DNA of 64,000 nucleotides. Source: an uncultured bacterium (lineage in GTDB: Bacteria > Actinomycetota > Acidimicrobiia > Spongiisociales > UBA5794). Below the pieces are notes generated by a model that saw only the letters and a list, made by a program, of their open reading frames with translations, searched no databases and had not been told where the DNA came from. Made by a program: the position numbers and the translations under genes. Below, in pieces: positions 43,957-53,256 of the stretch. Location: the NCBI GenBank assembly GCA_963844835.1, contig CAWJPT010000001.1, forward strand, positions 8,072 to 72,071, in the 5' to 3' direction. The number at the start of each line of letters is the position of its first letter. The stretch's first letter is position 1.

Positions 43957-45375
43957 ATGAAGGCAGGCAAGATCGTCGGCGCGCTGGTTGCGGTGATCAT
44001 CGGATTGATTGCAGCAGGACTGCTCGTTGGAGGAGGTGCGTTGATCTGGGCACACACGACCCAGCGCGACGCAAATGGATTTGTGGAGAGCCCGACGTAC
44101 GATCTGAGTACCCAGGGATACGCACTCACCACAGCCGGAGTCGATATCGCGTCAAGGCCAGGCGATTGGTGGCCGGGTGACCTTGCCGATGTGAAGTTCG
44201 ACGTCACGGGCAACCAGGCGGTGTTCATCGGTATCGGGCCTGCAGCCGACGTCGCAAGCTATCTGGGCGATGTCGCCCGCGACCAGGTGACCCGGCTCGG
44301 GGCTGTCCGTGACATCGGATACCGCTCCTTCAGCGGAGGGGCACCGGCAACGCCTCCCGGTGATCAGAGTTTCTGGGTGGCATCTAGCGAAGGCACGGGG
44401 ACCCAGACCGTTACGTGGGATGTTGTGAAGGGGGAGTGGGACGTCGTCGTGATGAACGCCGATGCCAGCGCCGGAGTGAACGTTGCGGTCACCGCGGGTG
44501 CCCGCATCGGGATACTGCTCGCCGTCGGCATCGGCATGCTGATCCTCGGTCTGTTCTTCGGCATCGGCGCCGCCGCGCTCTTGGTGTGGGCGACCCGCTC
44601 GCAGCGGGCCGAACCTACTGCTGCCGAGGTTTCCGCCGCGGCACCGGCTGGGGCTGTGGCTCCCGCGGGCGCATACCCGTTGAGCCTCGAGGGGAGGCTC
44701 GATGCCCCGCTGAGCCGATGGCTGTGGTTGGTGAAGTGGCTGCTCCTGATTCCGCACTTCATCATCCTTGCGTTCCTCTGGGCGGCATTCGTCGTGCTGA
44801 CGATCGTTGCGTTCTTCAGCATCTTGTTCACGGGGCGCTACCCGCGAGGCATCTTCGATTTCAACGTCGGGGTGTTGCGGTGGAGCTGGCGAGTCAGTTT
44901 CTACAGCTACAGCGCGCTTGGCACCGACCAGTACCCGCCATTCACGCTGGAGGACGTCGACTACCCGGCCCGGCTCAACGTTGCCTATCCCGAGCACTTG
45001 TCGCAAGGGCTGGTCTTGGTGAAGTGGTGGCTGCTCGCCATTCCCCATTACATCGTGGTCGGTCTGTTCACCAGCGGTCTCGTCTGGTGGACGACGGGCT
45101 TCGGCGACGGCCAAGGTGTGCTTCGGCTGGGTGGCGGCCTCATCGGTCTGCTCGTGTTCATCGCTGCGCTGGCGCTGCTGTTCACGGGCAAGTATCCCCG
45201 GGGTCTTTACGACCTGATAATGGGCATGAACCGTTGGGCATTCCGGGTGGCGGCATATGCGACGCTGATGAGGGACGAGTATCCACCGTTCCGGCTCGAC
45301 ATCGGCGGGGAGGAGGTGGAGATGCCCACCGGTCCGGTAGACAGTCCGCCGCCACAGGGCACAGGCGTGCGCTAA
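43957..45375 (+). CDS. Membrane protein with extracytoplasmic N-domain and tandem DUF4389 domains
   Basis: N-terminal TM MKAGKIVGALVAVIIGLIAAGLLVGGGALIW. Two copies of …W(L/W)LLIPH(F/Y)I…F…LFTG(R/K)YPRG(I/L)(F/Y)D…G…RW..RV..Y..L..D.YPPF. The 575-aa antisense ORF 44152..45879 is spurious. Confidence 0.7.
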   Translation: MKAGKIVGALVAVIIGLIAAGLLVGGGALIWAHTTQRDANGFVESPTYDLSTQGYALTTAGVDIASRPGDWWPGDLADVKFDVTGNQAVFIGIGPAADVASYLGDVARDQVTRLGAVRDIGYRSFSGGAPATPPGDQSFWVASSEGTGTQTVTWDVVKGEWDVVVMNADASAGVNVAVTAGARIGILLAVGIGMLILGLFFGIGAAALLVWATRSQRAEPTAAEVSAAAPAGAVAPAGAYPLSLEGRLDAPLSRWLWLVKWLLLIPHFIILAFLWAAFVVLTIVAFFSILFTGRYPRGIFDFNVGVLRWSWRVSFYSYSALGTDQYPPFTLEDVDYPARLNVAYPEHLSQGLVLVKWWLLAIPHYIVVGLFTSGLVWWTTGFGDGQGVLRLGGGLIGLLVFIAALALLFTGKYPRGLYDLIMGMNRWAFRVAAYATLMRDEYPPFRLDIGGEEVEMPTGPVDSPPPQGTGVR

Positions 45376-45388
45376 CGGCGGCCGTCTC

Positions 45389-47190
45389 TCAGTTATCGAG
45401 CGAGCTACGTACCTCGACTGTCTCCCAGTCGAAGGTGTGTTGAACGGCGAGGTAGTTCGGGTCGAGGATATGGACGATGCCGTGGTCGTCAACTGCAGTC
45501 CCGGCCCAGCGACTCTCGATGGTGAACCGGTGGAATGCCCGGTCGTCGTAGGCAAACTCGAACAACGGATCGTCGAGGGCTCCGCCGCACTCGGTGAGAG
45601 AGTCGGCGCTGCCGGTCGAGCAGGTGACGGTGTGGTCCCAGACGCCGTCGCCGTCGATGTCGATGGCCAGCTCCTCGAGCCAGATATCGACGTTGACGTT
45701 GTAGGTGATGCCGGGCGTGGGCAGCTCGACGTAGAAACCGTCGACATACCGGTTCTCACCTTCGGTGACCTCGTACCAGACCAGGTTCTCGAGACCAACG
45801 AGGGTGCGGAACTGCGGATAGGTGGCGCGGACCGGCGTGGGGAGATAGTCGCCTGCGTTGATGATCTGTCGCCACCCATCGATGTCGACGATCTCGACGC
45901 AGTATCGCTCCGAGTACTCGTGGATGCCGATGGAGCCGTAGGAGCCGATGGTCCCGTGTCTAGCGTCCCAGATGGCGTCGATGGAACGCACTCCGATCAG
46001 CGAGTCGTCCGTGCACGTGTCGAAGCCGTGATAGACGTGCTGAAGACACGAGTAGCCGCCCACGTCGGGCACCTCGACCGAGAACCACTCGGGATCATCG
46101 GCGACGTCTCCCACGATCGGGTAGTAGGCACTGTCGGTGCCATTGGCGGCAACGTCATCGGCCCAGGCTTGCGGATACCAGCATCGACTCTCGCCGGACA
46201 CCACGTCATGTGATGGTCCCAGTTCGGCGAACAGCTCCACGTCGATCGAGGCTTCCAACGCCGCTCCCTGAACGATGTTTGACCCGTGGTCGGACTCGCT
46301 GCCGCTGGGCCGCCTTGCCAGGCGCTGCATCACGTGCAGTCATTGCGACAATCACGAGCTAGCGCAGCGACGACTGATTCGGACCGTCATCGTCATCGGC
46401 CCTGTCCATTCGACGCGAACCATCATGTCAGAGTCCTCGTTCAGGATATCGGGTGAAGCATTCCCACGTACTGACCCATCGCCACCGACCGTCCGCGCCT
46501 CGTTTCGATCGTGTACTCACTCGCATCGAGGTCCCATCCCGGGTAAGTCTTGACCACTGTTCCGTTCGATGTCGGCGATCTAGCTGCTCGCCGCGTCGTG
46601 TGGCGCTCCGCACGAACTGCCGTGATCTCCCGAGACGACGATCACATCGATCGCAACGGTTTCGATGCCCGGATCGACGTAGTGCCAGTCGTTGTCACCG
46701 AGTTCGCCGAAGTACTGCAGCCTGAATGTCCCGGTAGGGGTAGTCCGCGAGTAAACATCAGGTCGAGCATCTCGTCGACCGAGTCTGCCGGGTTTCCCTC
46801 GAAGTAGTTGTAAGAGGTCATCTCAGCTCTAGGGCGATGCGGTAGAGGTCGTCCCCGGTTGTGTCGAAGTCATCGACCGAAGCCCGATCGAAGTTGGAGA
46901 CCAGCACCTCGGGCCTTGCCAGAGGATCGACCGTCGTCGTTGTCGTAGTCTCCGGCTCTGGTCGTGGTTGTCGAAGGGGGAGCTTCTGTGGTCACCGCGG
47001 CCGTCGTTGTGGTCGATGCCGGTGCCGGGGAAGTGGTCACGGTTGTAGGGCTCTCCGTCGAGCCTCCCGAGCAAGCGGTCAGCAACAGCAAGCCGGTCAC
47101 CAATAGGAGTCCCCGGGGCCAAGCACGATTGGCACATCCCACCATGCGGGGCATTATGCCACTTTCATCCACAGGTCGACAAGTACGGTA
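45389..47190 (-). CDS. Putative lipoprotein, frame-disrupted; only the 45389..46333 segment is an intact ORF
   Basis: Lipobox N-terminus …RAWPRGLLLVTGLLLLTACSGGSTESPTTVTTSPAPASTTTTAAVTTEAPPSTTTT (ORF 46870..47208). Downstream coding-looking pieces are spread over three frames (…EVLVSNFDRASVDDFDTTGDDLYRIALEL…, …FRLQYFGELGDNDWHYVDPGIETVAIDVIVVSGDHGSSCGAPHD…). Then the intact 314-aa ORF MMQRLARRPSGSESDHG…. Whether this is one gene or two is uncertain. Confidence 0.35.
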
Positions 47191-47288
47191 GTTAAAGATG
47201 GTCAACAATCAACGGGGATCATCAAAGCGCGAAATCATGGCCTGCTGCCGGGGCGTAACAGTATCTCGATGGCGTCAGTACGCTTCAT

Positions 47289-48198
47289 TTGGTGACGTCC
47301 AGAATCGCTCTCGTTGTTGTATCCGGGCTCTTGATCGCCGCCTGTGGGGCAGCAAGCGCCGACACCGCCACCACGCTGGTACCGTCGACGACGGCTGCAC
47401 CCACGAGACCGACAACGTCGACAACGACATACCACCGAGCCACCGCCGACCACATCTACCACCGTGGCGGTCACTACCACCACGGAATCACCGTATGCCC
47501 GACCTGCGTGGCTGGGGACGAGACCGTTGCCGCTGGGGCCCGACGGCAAGACCGCCCTTGCTCAACCGACACCGCCCGAGCTCCAGGATCGGCAGTTCGA
47601 GACGATCGACTATCTGCCGCCGCCGACCGACGGCCAGTTCCACTCCAGCGTCGAGCCGGTCCCCGATGATGTGCTCGCCAGATCCACATGGGTGGAGGGC
47701 TGCCCGGTGACCCGTGACGACCTCGCCTACGTAACTGTTTCGCACTACGGCTTCGATCACGAGTTCCACACGGGTGAGCTGCTTGTGAACGCTGCTGTCG
47801 CAGACGACATCGTCGGTGTTTTCCGGAAGCTATACGACGCCAGGTACCCGATAGAGCAGATGCGGATAACCACCAAGGAAGAGCTCGACCTTCCGCCGAC
47901 GGGTGACGGCAACGTCACCGGGGCGTTTGTGTGCCGTCCCACGGTCGGCTCGGATTACTGGTCGCAACATGCCTACGGTCTTGCTGTCGACGTCAACCCG
48001 TTCCAGAACCCGTACGTGAAGGGCGACACCATCATCCCTGAGCTCGCCACCTCGTACGCCAATCGGGATCAGGCCTTGCCGGGGATGATCTTCGACGGTG
48101 ACGTCGTCACCAAGGCATTTGCCGACATCGGCTGGGGTTGGGGAGGCAACTGGAACAGCCTCAAAGACTGGATGCATTTCAGCCAGAGCGGGCAATGA
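47289..48198 (+). CDS. M15-family peptidase (D-Ala-D-Ala carboxypeptidase/VanY-like) lipoprotein, 1 frame disruption near 47440
   Basis: Lipoprotein signal MVTSRIALVVVSGLLIAACGAAS plus Thr-rich linker. Catalytic region …WVEGCPVTRDDLAYVTVSHYGFDHEFHTGELLVNAAVADDIVGVFRKLYDARYPIEQM…SQHAYGLAVDVNPFQNPY…GWGWGGNWNSLKDWMHFS (H-x-x-G…D…H M15 ligands). Confidence 0.7.
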
Positions 48199-48260
48199 GA
48201 CCTGTCCGGTGACTCGCGCCGAGGCCGAGCCGTCATCCGCCACCTAGAGACCTGGTACAC

Positions 48261-48845
48261 ATGGTGGTTATGGAATATGGAATCACCTTCGATTATCTGT
48301 GCCCGTTTGCCCGCAACGCCAATGAGGCGGTGCTCAACGGGCTCGCCGACGGTCGGCCCTGGCAGCCCCGGTTCATCGCCTTCTCTCTAGCGCAGGCGCA
48401 CACCGCAGAGAACGAACCGGATGTTTGGGACGATCCCGATGGTAAGTCGGGGGTGCTCGCCCTGCAGTGGGGCATCGCGGTTCGGGACAACTTCGCAAAG
48501 CACTTTCCGGCCGTCCACCGGGCTCTCTTCGCCGCACGGCACGACCATGGGCTCGACATCAACGACGAGACCGTCATCCAGGACGCGGTCGCAGGCGCAG
48601 GGGCGGACGTTGCTGCAGTGGCCGAGGTCGTTGCCACCGGATCCCCGATGAAGACCCTCGCCGCCGAGCACATGGAGGCTGTTGCCGGCTGGGAGGTGTT
48701 CGGCGTCCCGACGTTCATCCTCAACGACACTGCCACCTTCGTTCGGTTCATGAGTCGCGGCGATGTCGACGATCTCGCCCGGGTTCTCGACCTGCTCGGC
48801 TGGACCGATCTCAACGAGTTCAAGCGCACCACCATCCCTCGCTGA
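48261..48845 (+). CDS. DsbA-like thioredoxin-fold protein (FrnE/HCCA-isomerase-like)
   Basis: MEYGITFDYLCPFARNANEAVLNG…FGVPTFILNDTATFVRFM. CPFA active-site-like motif and C-terminal GVPTF(V/I) of DSBA-like thioredoxin domain proteins. Confidence 0.65.
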   Translation: MVVMEYGITFDYLCPFARNANEAVLNGLADGRPWQPRFIAFSLAQAHTAENEPDVWDDPDGKSGVLALQWGIAVRDNFAKHFPAVHRALFAARHDHGLDINDETVIQDAVAGAGADVAAVAEVVATGSPMKTLAAEHMEAVAGWEVFGVPTFILNDTATFVRFMSRGDVDDLARVLDLLGWTDLNEFKRTTIPR

Positions 48846-48880
48846 TCACACTCGAGTGGCGAGGCGGCACTACGTAGACA

Positions 48881-48907
48881 AGCTATCTAGCAGTAGGTAG
48901 AATAGCT
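48881..48907. promoter_or_regulatory. Inverted-repeat element upstream of padR (candidate PadR autoregulatory site)
   Basis: agctat-ctagcagtaggtagaat-agct within a locally AT-rich stretch (tagacaagctatctagcagtaggtagaatagctatatagtg) immediately 5' of the padR start at 48913. Confidence 0.35.
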
Positions 48908-48912
48908 ATATA

Positions 48913-49281
48913 GTGAAGAAGAACCCATCGGTCACCACAACCGAACAGCGCCGAGGCCAATGGCTCAAGGGCGTGCTCGATCTCTGTGTGCTCGCTCGAC
49001 TGTCTCGGGGTGACGCCTATGGGTACGAACTGGCCAGAGGACTCGAGGCCAACGGGTTCGGGGAGATCAAAGGGGGAACTCTGTACCCGCTGTTGAGCCG
49101 GCTCGAGCGGGACGGGCTGGTGGCCACCTATTGGCAAGCCAGCGATCAGGGTCCCGACCGCAAGTACTACCGCATCACCGACACCGGCGGATCCGCGCTC
49201 AGCGAAGCCGCTCCTGCCTGGGCTGATTTCACCGCCGCTGTTGCTCATTCGTTGGCGGCAATCGATAGGAAACTGCCATGA
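48913..49281 (+). CDS. PadR-family transcriptional regulator
   Basis: …LKGVLDLCVLARLSRGDAYGYELARGLEANGFGEIKGGTLYPLLSRLERDGLVATYWQ… is the canonical PadR winged helix. Stop overlaps the start of the downstream membrane protein (ATGA at 49278). Confidence 0.8.
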   Translation: MKKNPSVTTTEQRRGQWLKGVLDLCVLARLSRGDAYGYELARGLEANGFGEIKGGTLYPLLSRLERDGLVATYWQASDQGPDRKYYRITDTGGSALSEAAPAWADFTAAVAHSLAAIDRKLP

Positions 49282-49946
49282 ATCAAACCAATTGGACATA
49301 TCTCGCCCAACTCGCCCGAGCTCTCCAGATGGAGGGTGTCGAAGGCCGCCGCGCCGGTGAGTTCATTGCCGAGATCGATAGCCATCTCACCGAAACGGGT
49401 GCGGACCCCGTCGAGGAATTCGGGGCGCCGTATCAGCTTGCAGCCGAACTCGCGCTACGACCGGGCGCACGACGGCCCGGCTGGGTGCCGCCTCTCTGGC
49501 TGACGTGGTTGCTGTCGATGGTGACAGCCATGATCGCTGTCGTTGCCGTTGACGCATTGATACTGGGCTGGGACAACGGACGGATCCCAATACGCGCCCG
49601 AGGCATCGTCTGGATCGCAGTGATGTTGGTCGGGAGCCTGAGCTTCGGCTACTTCGCGACCCGACGTCTCGACGGTCGGAGCTGGCGACCACTCAATGGC
49701 GGGGGAGCCGCACTCATCATCCTCGGCATCGCAATAGTGGTCACTACGGCCAGCGAAATGGTCGGGGACCGCATCATTGCCACGGTGCCGGCGGTCGCGT
49801 TCTGGGTGACGGCTGCGATTGCGCTTCCGACACTGATCGTGGTGATTGCCCGGAGAAACAATCCGATTCGCTTTCCGGACCGCGCCTCTCATCTACGACG
49901 GCTGCGACGTGGGATCTTCGCGGGAAGGCCGCCGTCAGCGAACTGA
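49278..49946 (+). CDS. PadR-associated membrane protein (DUF1700-like)
   Basis: 222 aa. N-terminal soluble helix-rich segment (MNQTNWTYLAQLARALQMEGVEGRRAGEFIAEIDSHL…), then 4 TM segments. Translationally coupled to padR. Confidence 0.55.
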   Translation: MNQTNWTYLAQLARALQMEGVEGRRAGEFIAEIDSHLTETGADPVEEFGAPYQLAAELALRPGARRPGWVPPLWLTWLLSMVTAMIAVVAVDALILGWDNGRIPIRARGIVWIAVMLVGSLSFGYFATRRLDGRSWRPLNGGGAALIILGIAIVVTTASEMVGDRIIATVPAVAFWVTAAIALPTLIVVIARRNNPIRFPDRASHLRRLRRGIFAGRPPSAN

Positions 49947-49978
49947 CGGCGGCCCAGGAGGAGAGCTTCTCTTTCGGA

Positions 49979-50524
49979 TCAGACGATGTACGCCAGGGCG
50001 TCCTCGATTTCGATTTGGTCGGTGTCCTCGATGGTCGCTGCGAGAAGCCTGCCGTTGAAGCGGCGGAGCTCGCGGAGCAGATGAGTCGGGTAGATGTTGC
50101 GCATCTCGAACACTGCGGCTACCTCGCCGGGATAGAGGCGAGCGGTCAGGGCGCGCATCCAATCGTCCGGGACGCCGACGTCTCGATAGCGCGATCGCAC
50201 CCAGCCGATGCCGGCACCGAGGGCAGCGCCGATCACCCAGCCGATGAGCCCGTAGACGAAGATGCCGATGAGGCTGCCCCACCATGCACCGAGCATTGCT
50301 CCCTGTGCGGGGCCGAGCTCGCGTGTCTGGATGAGCTTCGGCTTGCCGTGCTTGTTCACCGCGACGAGCGCAGCGTCGGTCAGGTCGACCGAGCCTCGCT
50401 TGCCGAGTCGAGTGGCGGCAAGCAACAGCTCCTGCCCGCGGAGGAGGTCATCGACGGCTACCGCGAGCACATTTGGAGGAGCAGTTGTCTGCGTGGATTC
50501 TCTTGCTGGAAGGGTCGTTGTCAT
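49979..50524 (-). CDS. DUF1269-like small membrane protein
   Basis: 181-aa ORF with Gly-rich TM core …GAMLGAWWGSLIGIFVYGLIGWVIGAALGAGIGWV…. Confidence 0.5.
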   Translation of the reverse strand: MTTTLPARESTQTTAPPNVLAVAVDDLLRGQELLLAATRLGKRGSVDLTDAALVAVNKHGKPKLIQTRELGPAQGAMLGAWWGSLIGIFVYGLIGWVIGAALGAGIGWVRSRYRDVGVPDDWMRALTARLYPGEVAAVFEMRNIYPTHLLRELRRFNGRLLAATIEDTDQIEIEDALAYIV

Positions 50525-50656
50525 GTTTCACCTTCTTGTCCTTCTTCAGGATGCTGTCGTCTGGTTAGAGGGTGTTGAGACAGGTGTAAGAAACCCATGA
50601 GAGCCCCGGGAAAAAAGGGGCAAGAAGTGTCTTGCAGCTCGGCTCGCAACGAGTTA

Positions 50657-50685
50657 TGTTTACACTGTAGTTTACGATGTAAACA
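50657..50685. promoter_or_regulatory. Palindromic operator-like site upstream of the membrane-protein/TetR operon
   Basis: tgtttacaCTGTAGTTTACGAtgtaaaca: perfect 8-bp inverted ends (tgtttaca/tgtaaaca) enclosing the direct half-sites gtttacactgta and gtttacgatgta. It is the most AT-rich spot in the region, 10 nt upstream of the RBS (aaggtgg) for the ORF at 50696. Confidence 0.5.
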
Positions 50686-50695
50686 AGGTGGCAAC

Positions 50696-51358
50696 ATGAG
50701 CACACATTCGACAATCTCGCAGGGAGCACGACGGGTGGCGGGCGCGGCCGGGATCTGCGTCGGTATATCCGGTCTCGACCACGGGTTCTTCGAGATCCTG
50801 CAGGGCAACAAGGCAACACCATCGCTGGTCATCCAGGCGATCGGGCCCGATCAGCAGATGTGGGAGAGCGGCACGGAGGAGGCGTTCACCGTCGTTCCCA
50901 ACTTCCTCGTCACCGGCATCCTCGCCATGCTGGTTGGGACGGTGATGATCATCTGGTCTACCCGCTTCATGCATGTGCCCAACGCAAGCAGGGGATTCCT
51001 GCTCATCGGACTCCTCATGTTCACGGTCGGCGGCGGCATCGGCATGCTCGTGTTCCTGCTGTTCGGCTGGGCGATCGCCAGGCGCATCGAACGTCCACCG
51101 GCATGGTGGAGCCGACCCATGCCCGGCTGGGTAAGTCCCTTCCTGTCGAGGTCCTGGCGGGGGCTCATCGCCCTAGGTGTGGCGCTCTATGTGTTTGGGA
51201 TCCAGATCGCCATCACCGGATACGTTCCGGGGGTGAGCGACCCGAACCTCGCACTTGCCATCTGCTGGGGCTCACTCTTGGCGATGTTGCCCGTGCTGAC
51301 GCTCGCCGTCGTCGGCTCCTCGCAGCAGCCCGCGGCTCGATTGCAGGTGGTGGCATGA
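50696..51358 (+). CDS. Hypothetical membrane protein, first gene of the TetR operon
   Basis: MSTHSTISQGARRVAGAAGICVGISGLDHGFFEILQGN…, 5-6 TM segments. Stop overlaps the TetR start (ATGA at 51355). Confidence 0.5.
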   Translation: MSTHSTISQGARRVAGAAGICVGISGLDHGFFEILQGNKATPSLVIQAIGPDQQMWESGTEEAFTVVPNFLVTGILAMLVGTVMIIWSTRFMHVPNASRGFLLIGLLMFTVGGGIGMLVFLLFGWAIARRIERPPAWWSRPMPGWVSPFLSRSWRGLIALGVALYVFGIQIAITGYVPGVSDPNLALAICWGSLLAMLPVLTLAVVGSSQQPAARLQVVA

Positions 51359-51936
51359 CCCCTCGGAGACGCAACCCGCTCACCAGAGAGCAGATCGTCG
51401 ATACCGCGCTGCAGATCGTTGACGAAGAAGGGCTCGAGGCCTTGTCGATGCGGAGGCTCGGGGCTGCGCTCGGTGTCGAGGCGATGGCGCTCTACCGGCA
51501 CGTCCCCAACAAGGAAGCACTGCTGGACCTGACCCTCGAGCGGATGCGGTCCGAGGTGAGGATCGAGGAGTCGCACCCAGACAACCCCGCCGAGTTACTG
51601 GCGGCAATATTCCTCGAGTATCGGCGAGTGCTGGCGGCACATCCGAACATGCTGCCGATTGCCGCACGCCGCACCGATAGCGGCACCCCATCGGGTCTCG
51701 ATTTTCTCGTCAGCGAGGGCTTCGATCTCGAGGATGCCGTCGAGCTCTATCAGTCGTTGTTGGCCTTCACGATCGGTTTCTCCCTACTCGGCAATGAGGC
51801 GTCGGCTGGCAACTGGGAGGGGACGTCGCAAGAGATCTCGTCCCGATTTGGTGATTGGAAAGACAGTACGTTTCGCCGCACTCTCCGTTCCGTTGTGGAG
51901 AGCTACGGCTTCGACAAAGGAGACCGTCGGTTATGA
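51355..51936 (+). CDS. TetR-family transcriptional regulator
   Basis: MTPRRRNPLTREQIVDTALQIVDEEGLEALSMRRLGAALGVEAMALYRHVPNKEALL… is the TetR N-terminal HTH. Confidence 0.8.
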   Translation: MTPRRRNPLTREQIVDTALQIVDEEGLEALSMRRLGAALGVEAMALYRHVPNKEALLDLTLERMRSEVRIEESHPDNPAELLAAIFLEYRRVLAAHPNMLPIAARRTDSGTPSGLDFLVSEGFDLEDAVELYQSLLAFTIGFSLLGNEASAGNWEGTSQEISSRFGDWKDSTFRRTLRSVVESYGFDKGDRRL

Positions 51937-52397
51937 AGACAATCAGCGGTGTGCTGCCGTGGCTGGTGGCAATGACGGCAGCGGGCGGAGTGATCTGGTG
52001 GATGCTCGCCAGGGACATGGCTGCAGGCAAGTGGCTCCTTGCCGGACTGCTGTTCGCTCACGGTGCGGTCCACCTGCTCTTTGCAGTGCCGCAACCGGCG
52101 AGCTCGAGTGACACATCGTGGCCTTTCGACATGACTCGATCGTGGCTCGGCGGCGCCAACGCTCGCACCCTTGGCTGGGTACTCATCATCCTGACCATCA
52201 CCGCGTTCACCATCGCAGCACTGGCAACGGCCGGCGTGGCGATCCCATCCGGTTGGTGGCAACCGGCCGTGATCACCGCTGCCTTGATCTCCGTGGTGGT
52301 GCTTGGGGTCTACTTCGACCCGCAACTCGTGGTTGGCTTTGGGATAAACGCAGCGCTTGTTTGGGTGGCCGCAGGAGCGTGGTGGGTGCCTGCCTGA
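51933..52397 (+). CDS. Small hydrophobic membrane protein (4 TM)
   Basis: MKTISGVLPWLVAMTAAGGVIWWMLARDMAAGKWLLAGLLFAHGAVHLLF…. Start overlaps the TetR stop (ATGA). Confidence 0.5.
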   Translation: MKTISGVLPWLVAMTAAGGVIWWMLARDMAAGKWLLAGLLFAHGAVHLLFAVPQPASSSDTSWPFDMTRSWLGGANARTLGWVLIILTITAFTIAALATAGVAIPSGWWQPAVITAALISVVVLGVYFDPQLVVGFGINAALVWVAAGAWWVPA

Positions 52398-52445
52398 CCC
52401 ACACCCGGTACCGTACGTCCCGCGGCAACCAAATCAGGAGCGGGC

Positions 52446-53234
52446 ATGTATACGGGTCTCGAAGGCAAGGGTGTGCTGGTGACCGGGGGAGCGGGCGGTA
52501 TCGGCACTGCCATCGTGCGCCGCTTTGCGGAGGAAGGAGCGGTTGTCGCCATCCACTACAACTCGTCGCAGGTGGCGGCCGAGACGCTTGCCGACGAGGT
52601 GCATGGCATCGCCATCCATGCCGACCTTCGTGATGAAGCCGAGGCGGACACTCTCATTCCGAAGGCGGTTGCGGGGCTCGGTCGACTCGATGTCTGCGTC
52701 GCCAACGCGGGCCGCTACCCGAGCCAGGACCAACCCATCTGGAGTCTGCCGCTGGAGAGATGGAATGAGACACTGGCGGCAAATCTCACGTCCACATTCC
52801 TCACCGCACGGGGCTTCCTGGAGCATGCGGCCAAAACGGGTCAGGGATCGCTGGTGATGATCGCTTCCACCGCCGGCAGCTACGGCGAGGCAGGTCATGC
52901 CGATTACGCCGCCGCCAAGGGCGCCATCCTCAGTGGGCTCCTGCTCAGCGCCAAGAACGAAGCCGCCAGGATCGGCCCGGGGGTGCGGGTCAACGTGGTC
53001 GCTCCCGGGTGGACGATGACCCCCGCGGTGGCGGCCCGCGGTCTGAGCGAGGATCACTTCGAGCGGGTGACCGCCACCATGTCGCTCAAGAAGCTGGGAC
53101 GGCCGGAAGATGTCGCCGCCCAGGTGGTCGTGCTCGCCTCGGATGAGCTCTCCGGTCACCTCTCGGGAGAGGTGATCACCGTTGCAGGCGGCATGGAAGG
53201 ACGGCTCGTCCCGGGCCCACCCTCACGCGAATGA
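52446..53234 (+). CDS. SDR-family oxidoreductase
   Basis: GKGVLVTGGAGGIGTAIVRRFAEEGAVVAI (TGxxxGxG Rossmann motif), …NAG…, YAAAKGA (YxxxK catalytic motif). Confidence 0.85.
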   Translation: MYTGLEGKGVLVTGGAGGIGTAIVRRFAEEGAVVAIHYNSSQVAAETLADEVHGIAIHADLRDEAEADTLIPKAVAGLGRLDVCVANAGRYPSQDQPIWSLPLERWNETLAANLTSTFLTARGFLEHAAKTGQGSLVMIASTAGSYGEAGHADYAAAKGAILSGLLLSAKNEAARIGPGVRVNVVAPGWTMTPAVAARGLSEDHFERVTATMSLKKLGRPEDVAAQVVVLASDELSGHLSGEVITVAGGMEGRLVPGPPSRE

Positions 53235-53256
53235 GGCCCGCCCCGATGTTTTCCGG

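Noticed and set aside
44152-45879. 575-aa minus-strand ORF
   Set aside because: It is antisense to the well-supported tandem-DUF4389 membrane protein. The sequence is low-complexity and Arg/Pro/Gly-rich.
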